A stretch of 20,000 nt of DNA from Vezdaea acicularis (taxonomy: Eukaryota): positions 245,830-265,829 of the forward strand of contig JAPEUI010000007.1 of the NCBI GenBank assembly GCA_026025075.1. The letters run 5' to 3'. Under the pieces are notes generated by a model. It saw nothing but the letters and a program-made list of their open reading frames with translations. It was not told where the DNA came from and searched no databases. Numbering within the stretch: the first letter of the stretch is position 1; each line of letters opens with the position of its first letter. This document shows, piece by piece, positions 9,990 to 19,748 of the stretch. A program made the translations under genes and the position numbers.

Positions 9990-11579
9990 TTACTCTTCAC
10001 CCAAGACCCCAAGCCACATCTCCATCCCTTCCCACACCAGCCCATCTCTTACCCCACAACACGCCTCAGAGACGTACGTCTGATTACAAGCACAAGCGAT
10101 CTCTCCCATCGCACTCTTCACCAGCTCCCTCTTTCCCAAATGATTGAACGTCCCACACTTCCAGGGAACATAAAGCCCCGCCCTAACCATTCGTGTGAAG
10201 CACGAACAATCACCTCTCCCTGACGAGTGATCAGAATTACAGTCCGTGGCCCCCTCCAAGTCAAGATAATTATCCACCGAGCGCATCGAGTCTCCCTCGG
10301 CGGGCCTCGATCGTTTTCTAGCTCCTAGCCCGAGCCTCCTTCGCCACGGCCGGACTTGGCCCAGTTCCGAAGGGTCGAAATCTGGGCTCGTGCTGCAGTC
10401 GCACCATAGCTGACACCACTGTACCAACCTTATGTTGGCATACAGGTCAGGGTCAGCCCAAGTACTGGAGCACACCGGGAACTCGCGCTGGGGGCTCGTG
10501 GGGCACCAGCATCCGAGATGGTCCTTGCGGAGTGTTGAGTTTCTGCATAGCTCATCGAGGTCCGCATACCGTGATGGGTTGTAGCTGCTCGAGTCGGTAA
10601 TGTAACCGCCGATGTTTTCGTTAGGTAGGGAGCCGCGGTTGCAGGTTGGGGGGATTAGTAGCGAGCGATGTTGGATCGGGACGCGGGTAGTGGAATCGGT
10701 GAGCACACGGCGGGTTAACCCTGACGAGTTGTTGGAAGTCTCTTTCAAAGAAGGAGGGGAAGGCGTGGATTCTGCGGAATGTTTCATGACGCTGAAAGAT
10801 GATAGCTGCTCGTTCGTACTAAACCTGGGATGCATCTGAAGGTTTCTACCAGCTTGCCTCCTGTGATCCATCCTATTGGATCTAACATTCGCTTCTTCTC
10901 GAAGCTCGAGGCTCAGTTCTCCCATCTGCTTGTCAAGCGAGCAAGAATGTTTGGCTCCCTTATCAAGGTTGACTAGGATAGCCTGAGTTCCAGCTCGGGT
11001 ATAAGAAGCAGATTTCCCAATTCTGTTGCTAATACTCGACCCGAGTTCAGGCTGTGTCTTGTCCGATTCCACGTCTGATATGTCTCCAACACCATAAAAC
11101 TCTAGTAATGGAGTATCGTCAGGTCTAGCAGCCCGAACAGTCTCATCACCGCTTCCATCTTCCCTGGAAGCGTGTTGGTCTTGAAATCCACAGCCACAAT
11201 GCTCTAGGCACCAATTCCGGAGAAATAGTATATGCCAAATCACAGGGTCAGCCAAGTCTTCCTCACATGAATGCGTGCCCAGTGCTCGAGACGGACAAAT
11301 ACAGCCCATCGATGTCCTTGTAGGCGATGTTGATCGGTAGGCACAGAGTAGGGTCAAATCGTTCACATAATTCTCAGAGTCCGTTGCGTAAGGCCATTCT
11401 TGCACCGGACGGTCAGGCGAATAATCGTTACTGCAGACAAGATGGTTTTGTATCGGAGGCGCTACAAATGGCTGGCGAGGAGTAAGCGCTCCACATCTTG
11501 TAACAATGCCAAAGAAGATCGTTAATGTGATAAGTAAAGGTAAGTCGAAGAGTAGAGCTAAACAGTAGAGAGAAGACAT
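9990..11579 (-). CDS. Predicted secreted Cys-rich multidomain protein (529 aa) with a duplicated 8-Cys module and dibasic sites
   Basis: Long uninterrupted ORF with hydrophobic N-terminus. Modules aa 49-130 and 313-395 share C..Y.(N/A)DL..LC..GC.CP..C....ADP..WC...C.C. C-terminal CACNQTYVSEACC..GLVWE follows a GKR site. Confidence 0.75.
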   Translation of the reverse strand: MSSLYCLALLFDLPLLITLTIFFGIVTRCGALTPRQPFVAPPIQNHLVCSNDYSPDRPVQEWPYATDSENYVNDLTLLCAYRSTSPTRTSMGCICPSRALGTHSCEEDLADPVIWHILFLRNWCLEHCGCGFQDQHASREDGSGDETVRAARPDDTPLLEFYGVGDISDVESDKTQPELGSSISNRIGKSASYTRAGTQAILVNLDKGAKHSCSLDKQMGELSLELREEANVRSNRMDHRRQAGRNLQMHPRFSTNEQLSSFSVMKHSAESTPSPPSLKETSNNSSGLTRRVLTDSTTRVPIQHRSLLIPPTCNRGSLPNENIGGYITDSSSYNPSRYADLDELCRNSTLRKDHLGCWCPTSPQREFPVCSSTWADPDLYANIRLVQWCQLWCDCSTSPDFDPSELGQVRPWRRRLGLGARKRSRPAEGDSMRSVDNYLDLEGATDCNSDHSSGRGDCSCFTRMVRAGLYVPWKCGTFNHLGKRELVKSAMGEIACACNQTYVSEACCGVRDGLVWEGMEMWLGVLGEE

Positions 11580-12495
11580 GCTCTCGAAGTGAAAGGCATT
11601 CTCTCAAGTATGAAGAGACACTAGCTATCCAAAGGTATATAACGCCATAAAGGGCACGTTCGCAACTTCATGCGAGGGAGGGGACCATACGAAGTTATGG
11701 TACCATATTGGAAAAAAAGTTTATAAGACTGGACTTAGGATGTCGTCACAGCACCACAGTTGAGTTCCATTCAGGAAGCCCCGGGTTCAGCTCAGGATCC
11801 TGTTGCATCCTACGGACTGTTTAATCCGAAAGCCTTGCGGCACAGTAAAGGCAATCTGGCCAGCCTGGGTGAGATTGCAACCCTGTGTAGTACACGTTGA
11901 CGCTTAGACTATGCGTTAATCCGCGCACAGCCATGGTTTTCAGAACTTTGAGAGTGTTAGGTGACAGAATTAAACCACCTCGATGGTCTGTAGTCATCGA
12001 ACAAATGGAGGTGTACATGGTCTACAAGCATCAGCTCTCTGATCAAACAAGAACAGGATGCGCAGGCGTTGCAGCACTATGCCAAGCAGCTATTGGTGGT
12101 CCTGGTACAGCGTAAGTACCGGGCCCGTTCGTGTTCCTAATCTAAGTGTTTCAAGGGAAATGACTCATAGAATGGCCTGACTATATGCTGCGGGGTTGTG
12201 CACTCTAGGTTGATTCGCCTAAATGGTTGTTTGGAGGTGCGCGGCTCATTTATGGACTGCAGCAAAAGAGGGCAACTCTAAATAGATGCTTGTTATTCAA
12301 TTAACTTACACCTTCTCGAAAAATGACTACAGTAAGTGGAAAGCTTTCGAATTGCTAGAAGTCGCAGTCAATTATAATGAACCGATCCTTTCAATTTAAG
12401 ACTGAGCATTAGCCGGTGCAAGGTCAGTGAGCCAGTAGGAAGACGTTCCTGGCGGCTTCTAAGGACGTGACGCTTCGGATCTCCCTGGTATCACA

Positions 12496-14300
12496 TCATA
12501 TGGGTCGCTCAAGCCCAAGCGTCTTCCAAGTTGCTTCCATATCTTCGACAAGCTGAAGGAAATTATCGTCCATGATCAGGGCGCAGAGCTCTTTGTTGAG
12601 GAGAGAGAGCCTCTCGTTTTCAGGTAATGCAGCATAGGCTCCTAATTGATCTCGTTCTAATTTCATGGCCATTTCTGTGTTTTGGCTCTGTAACCAGCGT
12701 TGCAGATCTTTCTGGTAGAGACTTGAATTAGCTGCAAAATCTGGCTTATGCGTTGCGGCTAAGGCTGAAATCCTCCGCGGCTCGATTCTTATAGAGTCGG
12801 GAAGCTGTATAGGCTCCTCCATAGCGGACGCTTGGCGTTTCTTGGACTTTGGAGCCGGTTGCTCGAGGGACTCTGGAGATGAGTTTCCTAGAAGGCCTAA
12901 ATTGCCAGTAGGCTTCTGGCTATTCTCTGAAGTGAATCTATATATGGACCTAGGAGAAGATGTGATGCCACCAAAGCCTGATTTAGATGAAGCCGAGGTA
13001 ATTACGGAGAGACTTCCCACATTCTGGCCCGACGTCTGCGAACCTGCATATTCTCTTTGCGATTCTGTTTGATTTTGCGAAAAGTATGATGACGCCTGAC
13101 CATTTTGGGGGGATTTTCTGCTTGGGGAAGACAACAATTGCGACTGAAGATTTGACGATGATAGATCGCGACGTTGATAGGCTTCAGGCTGCTGGGATAG
13201 AGACGTTTTGTTCGTTATCGGATCCTTAGACTTCTTCGCAAACTTCGTTGGAGGTCTCATGGTTGGCGAAGAGTATCTAAATGGCGAGGTCATCCGTGCT
13301 GATGAGGCTGGAAGGCGGGACAAGAATTGAGAGACACTTAGTTCGTCGTTGCTGTAAGAACCAGCCGATTTAACATGGCTCAGCGCCTGGAGTTCATTAT
13401 CACGCCCTGGATTCTGAAGGATAGTTCCCAAAACTGATTTGTCAGGTTGCGTAGGTGAGGACGAGGAGGGGAGAGAAGCAGGGTAAGCGCATTGCCCGGC
13501 TGAAAAGCTGGGAAGCTTGAAAGCTTTAGAGTAAACGTTGCCGGTAATCTGAGCATCGCTGACTTTGACTTGATCTTCAATAATTTTAAGGAGGGTTCGC
13601 GGTATGTTATCCCGTTGGGTCGAAGAGACTACGTCAAGATGCCCTCCAGATGAGAATAGTGGTCGAGATGAATCAGACTGAGAGCTTCCGAGATTGCGTT
13701 GCAGATTGTTACGTTCCTGGATTGGAAAGTCATGGTCTCTAAGTATAGCAATAGAAGAAAAGTAGTCGGCCGGATTTTGGAAGCGAACTTGAATCTGCCT
13801 TGTCTTCAAATGTTGTTAGAAAGGTATAAGACATGCCAGATGCATGAATTGTACCTGGCCATTGTACTGCTTGTATTGGATAGCCAGCTTCATGGTCTGT
13901 GCATTCACTAGAGCACCCAGAGGAAGCATTTTTGGATCACAAGAAGAAAGGCGTATTCCACCAAGTGAACTCCTTGCCACAGCAACAGCGCCATAAAGGT
14001 CGAAATTTTCCTTCGGGTGTCAGTACTTCATTGGAATGAAGAAGTTGTATAAATTAAAGCCATGTGTATGGACTAACTAACCAGAGTGTTAGTTCCGTAT
14101 AACACCTTCAAAATTGGCTTTGAGAGCATTCTGCCTCCAACCCCTGGAACCTGGAGATCCTCGAACACCAACCAGAGGGCATTGTCCCGCTGTTCAATAT
14201 GAGCAAATTGGACTGGATCGGTGCCACTTTTAGCGAAAGAAAATCGTTGTAAAGGAAAATAGACGTGGTTAGCCTTGATTGCAGGAGGCAAAGCATCCAT
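12496..14300 (-). CDS. REC114: Probable meiotic recombination protein Rec114/Rec7 (~560 aa); exons 14300-14082, 14010-13855, 13803-12496
   Basis: Introns 14081-14011 (GTTAGT..TACTGAC..AAG) and 13854-13804 (GTACAA..TCTAAC..AAG) join in frame. The product has an N-terminal PH-like domain (FPLQRFSF, LWLVF, LKVLYG..LENFDL, LAIQY, RQIQVRFQNPADY), a long S/P/Q-rich disordered linker and a C-terminal helix (ELCALIMDDNFLQLVEDMEATW), which is the Rec114 architecture. The start codon is uncertain; an upstream exon is possible. Confidence 0.72.
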
Positions 14301-14681
14301 TTCTACAGTCACTGGGGGTGGTTGTTGGCCACTTCCACTCGAGTATCTCCTTACTGATAATAATATATGTTCGATTCATAAGAAGATCAAGGATCAAAAC
14401 GCCCTGCTTAAATAATGGTAGGTTCGTATTTAGTCATAATAGATGGGATAGGCTCGGAAGAGAATAGGACACCATACGGAGCAGTGTGCATGTTGAAAGA
14501 GACATCCTGCGCAAATGCCACTCCGTACCATAACGATAACCGTAGGCTCTAGAGAACGATCAGAAGATCTTGACCGCCTGTAAGCTAGATCTTTCCTAAG
14601 AAGCGGAACCCACTGAAGTCCACAACTGCTAGTTATTGTGACATGAAAGGAAGGCTCAAGCCCACTAGCGCGCTTTCCTCG

Positions 14682-14826
14682 TGTAGAATTTTGCATGTTC
14701 TGCCTTGAGGGTCGCCGTAATACGACAGGGATTGACGCGACGTTCGGATTTGTACGTACCGCTTAGTCAGGCTCGCCTATAGAGGCGAGCCCCCGTAACC
14801 GCGAGCTCAGCGGCTTCGCAACTACA
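14682..14826 (+). repeat. Putative 5' LTR (right end well supported, left end tentative)
   Basis: Ends in ..GCAACTACA (14826) directly before the PBS; TGTAG at 14682 is the inverse of CTACA. Alternative TG starts at 14751 (TGTACG) and 14579 (TGTAAG). Contains hairpin GGCTCGCCT-ATAG-AGGCGAGCC (14770-14791). Confidence 0.5.
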
Positions 14827-14827
14827 T

Positions 14828-14834
14828 TGGTAGC
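14828..14834 (+). other. Primer-binding site, tRNA-iMet type
   Basis: TGGTAGC one base after the LTR-terminal CA; complementary to the GCUACCA 3' end of fungal initiator tRNA-Met, the same core as Ty1/Ty3 PBSs. Confidence 0.7.
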
Positions 14835-14944
14835 AACACCCCTATTTGAGTTTTAGGACCACAAACCCCTATAAACACATCAAATACGATCAGATCCTCT
14901 AGACATAGTAGCGAACGCCCCGTTGTAGCCATCAACGTACTCAA

Positions 14945-15922
14945 ATGGCATCGTCGGACGGTAATCTTGGCATCCCTAACGTGTTTGGCTTTGGTGGAAG
15001 AGCTTTCAGTACCCCGTCAACACCAGAGCCACCCATTGACACTCCGTCAACGCCTAATATGACTTCAAACAACGGAAATACACTAGATACGGCCACTGTC
15101 ATTGAGCTTCTCAATGCATCAGGCAACAAGCCCAAGTTGCAGGCCCCTGAAAAGTTTGACGGAGCCAAAAGGGATACTGACGGAGCCAATAACTGGCTCT
15201 TTAAGATGGAACGGTATCTTCTGCTAGCACAGATAGACTCTAAGCTAAAAGTCATCTATGCAGCACAATATCTTACGGACAATGCCCAGTTCTGGTACCG
15301 GACCATAGCTGGCAATCAGTTTCAAAGTCCGTCAGATAACTGGATTGAGTTTAAGGAGACATTCAAGGCCCGTTTTGAAGACGTCAATAGCGACAACAAG
15401 ATGCTTGAGCAGTTCTTTACGATAACGCAAGCTGGTACACGCTCACGGAGCTTACGGGAGTATATTGAAACCTTCACTAGGTTATGGTCAGTGGTTCATA
15501 CCAACATATCTGAACCAGTTGCTGTATCACGTTTTGTACAAGGACTGCAGCCTCGTACAAGAATAGATGTGCAACGTGCCCAACCAGTGACACTGTCAGC
15601 AGCTATACAGCTGGCGGACGCAGCTGAAGGCATTAACATTCAGACGTTTCAGCCCCGTCAAGCCAATAACCGATATCAGAAGCAACCAAGAAGATCCGAC
15701 AGTCCTGGTTTTGGTCCGCCAACACCATATTATGGTCCGGAACCTATGGATCTATCAATGATGACAGGTCCAATACGCCCTTCCATGAAGACGGACCAAC
15801 GACGAAAGGGGTTGTGCTTTATGTGCAACAAGCCAGGACATATTGCTCGGAACTGTCCGACAGGGAGAGTTGGTGAACGGACTAACTCTAGGCCACAAGG
15901 GCCAAAAAACTACAGGACTTAG
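14945..15922 (+). CDS. gag: Retrotransposon Gag (capsid plus CCHC nucleocapsid), 325 aa
   Basis: PEKFDG...[33 protein letters not shown] and zinc knuckle [14 protein letters not shown]. Confidence 0.95.
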   Translation: MASSDGNLGIPNVFGFGGRAFSTPSTPEPPIDTPSTPNMTSNNGNTLDTATVIELLNASGNKPKLQAPEKFDGAKRDTDGANNWLFKMERYLLLAQIDSKLKVIYAAQYLTDNAQFWYRTIAGNQFQSPSDNWIEFKETFKARFEDVNSDNKMLEQFFTITQAGTRSRSLREYIETFTRLWSVVHTNISEPVAVSRFVQGLQPRTRIDVQRAQPVTLSAAIQLADAAEGINIQTFQPRQANNRYQKQPRRSDSPGFGPPTPYYGPEPMDLSMMTGPIRPSMKTDQRRKGLCFMCNKPGHIARNCPTGRVGERTNSRPQGPKNYRT

Positions 15923-15959
15923 ATAAGCTGGCGCTCTTATCTAAGTCAAGTATGGCGCC
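15904..15959 (+). other. Programmed -1 ribosomal frameshift signal
   Basis: A_AAA_AAC (15904-15910) in gag phase, 5-nt spacer, then perfect 12-bp stem GACTTAGATAAG (15916-15927)/CTTATCTAAGTC (15936-15947). pol is in the -1 frame and is open only from 15892. Confidence 0.9.
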
Positions 15960-18900
15960 TTCTCTACAGGCCATATCTACAGAGAGTACCCGCAACTTAG
16001 AGAAGGAAGTTGACGGAAGGATAGAAATCTCCGGAGCTTGCGGCAGGCCTCTGGCGGTGTCCGATTCCGCCAGACAACGGGAGATTGAAGAACAGAATAG
16101 AAAGACCCATGGGGAGACGATAGAGGAGCTTGATCAACTCCTAAGCATAAGAGACAGAGCAGACGCTGATCTGTTAGTATTTAACGGCAATGTGAACGGA
16201 CATACCGTAAGAATACTAGCAGATACAGGAGCGTCAAGACGGTACATCAGACGGAGCACAAGTGATGCTGCCGGACTGAAGATTATGCCTTTAAAGGGGC
16301 ATAAAGGGGTTAGGCTGCCGGACAGCAGCCAATTGCAGATTTACGGGACCGTAAGCTGCACAGTTACTATCCAAACCTTTACAGATAAAGCTACATTTAT
16401 TGTCATTGATCTGGCGCAATATGATATCATTCTAGGCATGGACTTCTTCCGCCAATATCAACCAACTATTGACTATAAAGCTTGCGGACTCATCATTCAG
16501 CAGAACAACTATGAGCATGCTCTCCATGACTCATTACCACATCCGTTAACATTAGAGTATAATCATATACCAGCTAGCGGATGGCGGAACGTCAGACGGA
16601 CGTTACAACATAAGGGACAAGGAGTTCTATATATGCTAATAGACGGAGACACGTCCGACAAGCTGACGGACAAGTCCGGCAAGGACATTGAGTCATTGAA
16701 GGAAGAGTTGAGACCGTTAATGAAAGTATTCCGTACTGAACTACCTACAGGGGTAGGGCCAAAGCGTTATGTGGATCATCACATTGATACGGGTGATGCA
16801 CGTCCTATCAATAGGAGTGCCTATACTTTAACTCCACAGCAGTTAGAGGAACAGGCCCGACAGATCCGTTACCTAGAAGAACGGGACCTTATCCGTCCAT
16901 CTCATTCACCTTGGGGTTCTCCAGTACTCTTTGTCAAGAAGAAAGATGATTCATGGCGGATGTGTGTTGATTACCGGGCATTAAACAATGTGACCGTCAA
17001 GAACGGCTATCCGTTACCAAAGATACAAGATTGTTTGGATCAAATAGGGTCCGCTAAAGTGTTTTCAAAGGTTGATCTACTGTCAGGCTACTGGCAAATC
17101 CGTGTGGCGGATGCTGATATACCAAAGACAGCCTTCAATACCCGTATTGGCAAGTTTGAGTTCCGTGTACTACCGTTTGGATTAACCAATGCTCCGGCAA
17201 CCTTTCAGACGCTTATGAATGACATTTTACGGTCATGTCTAGACAAATTTGTGGTTGTCTATCTAGATGACATCCTCATCTATAGTCAAGATGAAAAGGG
17301 GCATATGGAACATCTCAAGATTGTATTGCAGATCTTGTTAGAAAACAACCTGTTTGCACGGCCAGACAAGTGCTCCTTCTTTCAAACGGAAGTGGACTTT
17401 TGCGGACACATTGTCGGAGCTGGCGTAGTCCGTATGGATCCGCATAAGCTAGCAGCCATCAAAGATTGGCCAACTCCTAGGACAGTTCATCATGTCCGTC
17501 AATTTGTAGGCTTATGCTCATACTATCGGAGGTTTATTAAGGAGTTTGCACGCATTGCAGCACCAATGCATGAGCTGCTTAAGCTGCCGGAAGCAACTCG
17601 CGGACATAAACATCAGCCTATAGTATGGAATGCCAAATGCCAGATGAGTTTCCGTCAACTAAAGGAATGCCTCACCGTCGCGCCAGTATTGCAACAACCG
17701 GATGTTAAAAGAGCTTTTATCATTGAAACGGATGCATCAGACTATGCATGCGGAGCTACATTGTTGCAGACAAACTTGGCTGACGGACGGGAACATCCGG
17801 TTGCTTTTGAAAGCCGTAAGTTCAATCCGGCAGAAAGCCGTTATCCAACACATGAACAGGAGCTATTGGCAATCAAGCAAGCTTTACGTGCTTGGCGTTG
17901 TTACATTGAGAACGGACATACAACTATTGTACGGACAGATCATGAAGGGTTACAGTACATGAAGACAACCCGTAAGCCTTCCAAACGTCTAGGCCGGTGG
18001 ATAGAAGAGTTTGAGGAGTACAATCTAAAGATAATCCACAAATCCGGAAAGCTAATGACGGTGCCGGATGCACTATCAAGACGTCCTGACTACTTGCATA
18101 ACATTGAACTTAATGTTTTGGAATGGACGGACTATATGACGGACTATCTAGAGTCCGGCAAGCTATCAGGTGACAAGAACATTGATCATATGCTCCGTTC
18201 TAGAGCACATGAGTTTACAATAGCTATGGAAACTCTTTGTCACAGAGATTCACCAGAGTCGGACTGGATTGACTACTTACCCCTATGGGCAAGAGCTGAT
18301 CTATTGGACCGTCTGCATAAGGACTATGGTCACAGCAATGAGTTGACATTGCTAAACCTAGTTAGTGCACGGGGATGGTGGCCAACAATGCGCAAAGATA
18401 TAAGGCATTATGTACGGCACTGTACGGACTGTCAAATAGCAGGACGGTCCCGTCAGGGGTTGCACACTGATGTTCAGCATCCGTCACATCAATGGAGTGG
18501 ACGGATTGAACCGTTTGACCGTTGGGGATTAGATCTCATTGGCAGACTCCCTAAAACACCGTCCGGCAACCGCTGGATCATTACAGCAGTTGACTATGCA
18601 ACCCGTTGGCCAGTAGCAAAAGCAGTGCCGGATGCTACAGCAGAAGCCCTAGCTGAGTTCATTCATGACAAACTCTATATGCATTACGGATCTCCAAAAG
18701 AGATTGTGACGGACCAAGGACGGAACCTATGGGCTCCGGCAATGAGCCAATTCTTGTCTAAACTAAATGTCAAGCATAGGGGAACAACTCCATATCATCC
18801 ACGGACAAACGGAGCAGTTGAAAGTCTTAACGGAACGCTAGGTAACATGCTGACAAAATACCTGCTCAACCGGCCACGTTCTCATTGGGACCGGTATTTG

Positions 18901-19509
18901 GATCAGGCATTGTTTGCAGCACGTATCCGTACGCATAGTACTACCCGTTTCTCACCATTCTATATGCTTTACGGACGCCAACCTAGGTTACCAATGGACG
19001 AGAATGGTATAACTCCACTGACGGACAATGTACGGGAGGACAAGCTTCCGTTATTTGAAACACTCCGTATGGAAGCTTTACGGAACACAGAAGAACGTGC
19101 TTTAAAGAACAAGCAAGCATGGGACGCAGCTATTACCCCTATTCAGTACAAACCGGATGACTATGTACTGGTACGGGCTGAGAATCAGCTGAAGTGGCAA
19201 GGTAAATGGTTTGGACCCTATCGAGTCCGTCGGGCTATGCCATTGAATACATATGAGCTAGAGACTCCTCAGAAGAAGAAGTTAGAGCTCCTTGTAGGTG
19301 GTGACCGGCTAAAACAGGCTCGAGTTGAGGGAAGAGTAACTCGCGGATGGCGGATGCCCAAGGGACCAGGCCGTAAACGGATTTACGGTAGTGAAAACAA
19401 TCCGAACCACGCGGTGGCAGCTCCGTTAGACCAGTTTGAAGCTCTACCGGAAGAAGAAGGACTGCAGGAAGACAGTCCAATAGAACCGCAGTTGTGGCAA
19501 CTGCTATAA
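15910..19509 (+). CDS. pol: Retrotransposon Pol (aspartic protease, reverse transcriptase, RNase H, integrase), expressed as Gag-Pol by frameshift
   Basis: ILADTGAS (DTG 16222-16230); [41 protein letters not shown] (17260-17271); ETDASDY, EQELLAI, VRTDH, DALSR; H-x4-H...C-x2-C, GLDLIG, TDQG, TNGAVE, GPY motif. No stops or frameshifts. Confidence 0.97.
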   Translation, partial: LQDLDKLALLSKSSMAPSLQAISTESTRNLEKEVDGRIEISGACGRPLAVSDSARQREIEEQNRKTHGETIEELDQLLSIRDRADADLLVFNGNVNGHTVRILADTGASRRYIRRSTSDAAGLKIMPLKGHKGVRLPDSSQLQIYGTVSCTVTIQTFTDKATFIVIDLAQYDIILGMDFFRQYQPTIDYKACGLIIQQNNYEHALHDSLPHPLTLEYNHIPASGWRNVRRTLQHKGQGVLYMLIDGDTSDKLTDKSGKDIESLKEELRPLMKVFRTELPTGVGPKRYVDHHIDTGDARPINRSAYTLTPQQLEEQARQIRYLEERDLIRPSHSPWGSPVLFVKKKDDSWRMCVDYRALNNVTVKNGYPLPKIQDCLDQIGSAKVFSKVDLLSGYWQIRVADADIPKTAFNTRIGKFEFRVLPFGLTNAPATFQTLMNDILRSCLDKFVVVYLDDILIYSQDEKGHMEHLKIVLQILLENNLFARPDKCSFFQTEVDFCGHIVGAGVVRMDPHKLAAIKDWPTPRTVHHVRQFVGLCSYYRRFIKEFARIAAPMHELLKLPEATRGHKHQPIVWNAKCQMSFRQLKECLTVAPVLQQPDVKRAFIIETDASDYACGATLLQTNLADGREHPVAFESRKFNPAESRYPTHEQELLAIKQALRAWRCYIENGHTTIVRTDHEGLQYMKTTRKPSKRLGRWIEEFEEYNLKIIHKSGKLMTVPDALSRRPDYLHNIELNVLEWTDYMTDYLESGKLSGDKNIDHMLRSRAHEFTIAMETLCHRDSPESDWIDYLPLWARADLLDRLHKDYGHSNELTLLNLVSARGWWPTMRKDIRHYVRHCTDCQIAGRSRQGLHTDVQHPSHQWSGRIEPFDRWGLDLIGRLPKTPSGNRWIITAVDYATRWPVAKAVPDATAEALAEFIHDKLYMHYGSPKEIVTDQGRNLWAPAMSQFLSKLNVKHRGTTPYHPRTNGAVESLNGTLGNMLTKYLLNRPRSHWDRYLDQALFAARIRTHSTTRFSPFYMLYGRQPRLPMDENGITPLTDNVREDKLPLFETLRMEALRNTEERALKNKQAWDAAITPIQYKPDDYVLVRAENQLKWQGKWFGPYRVRRAMPLNTYELETPQKKKLELLVGGDRLKQARVEGRVTRGWRMPKGPGRKRIYGSENNPNHAVAAPLDQFEALPEEEGLQEDSPIEPQLWQLL

Positions 19510-19570
19510 TACATTGACGGGCAGGCCGTCCCACCTGACGGACCATACTTTCTACTGACGGACGCTGGAA

Positions 19571-19748
19571 CATCCGTCAAACACTTGAGTCATCCGACAA
19601 GCACTTATTTCATTTGTAAATACCATAAAACGCAAAAAACATTCATTATTGACTATCTACTTGTTATGTCCAGGCTAAAAACCGTCCGCAAGGCTCTGAC
19701 GGACGTAAAACTGCCTATCATCCATCCGTCAATGCACCCATCCGTCAA
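19571..19748 (+). repeat. Short direct repeats CATCCG(T/A)CAA between pol and the antisense ORF
   Basis: Copies at 19571-19580, 19591-19600 (20-bp period, degenerate third copy at 19611), 19723-19732 and 19739-19748. Confidence 0.75.

Noticed and set aside
11897..12117. 72-aa ORF ending at a GTAAGT donor-like site
   Set aside because: Could be an exon of a small gene, but I found no convincing downstream exon or homology.
15952..15954. ATG as an independent pol start
   Set aside because: The frame is open upstream through the slippery site; a Gag-Pol frameshift explains expression better.
14945..19509. Classical RIP damage in the retrotransposon
   Set aside because: ORFs are intact, CpA/TpG are plentiful and the sequence is not AT-rich.
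19571..19620. Regularly spaced repeats as a CRISPR-like array
   Set aside because: Eukaryotic context, 10-bp units, and the spacers resemble each other; this is a simple tandem repeat.
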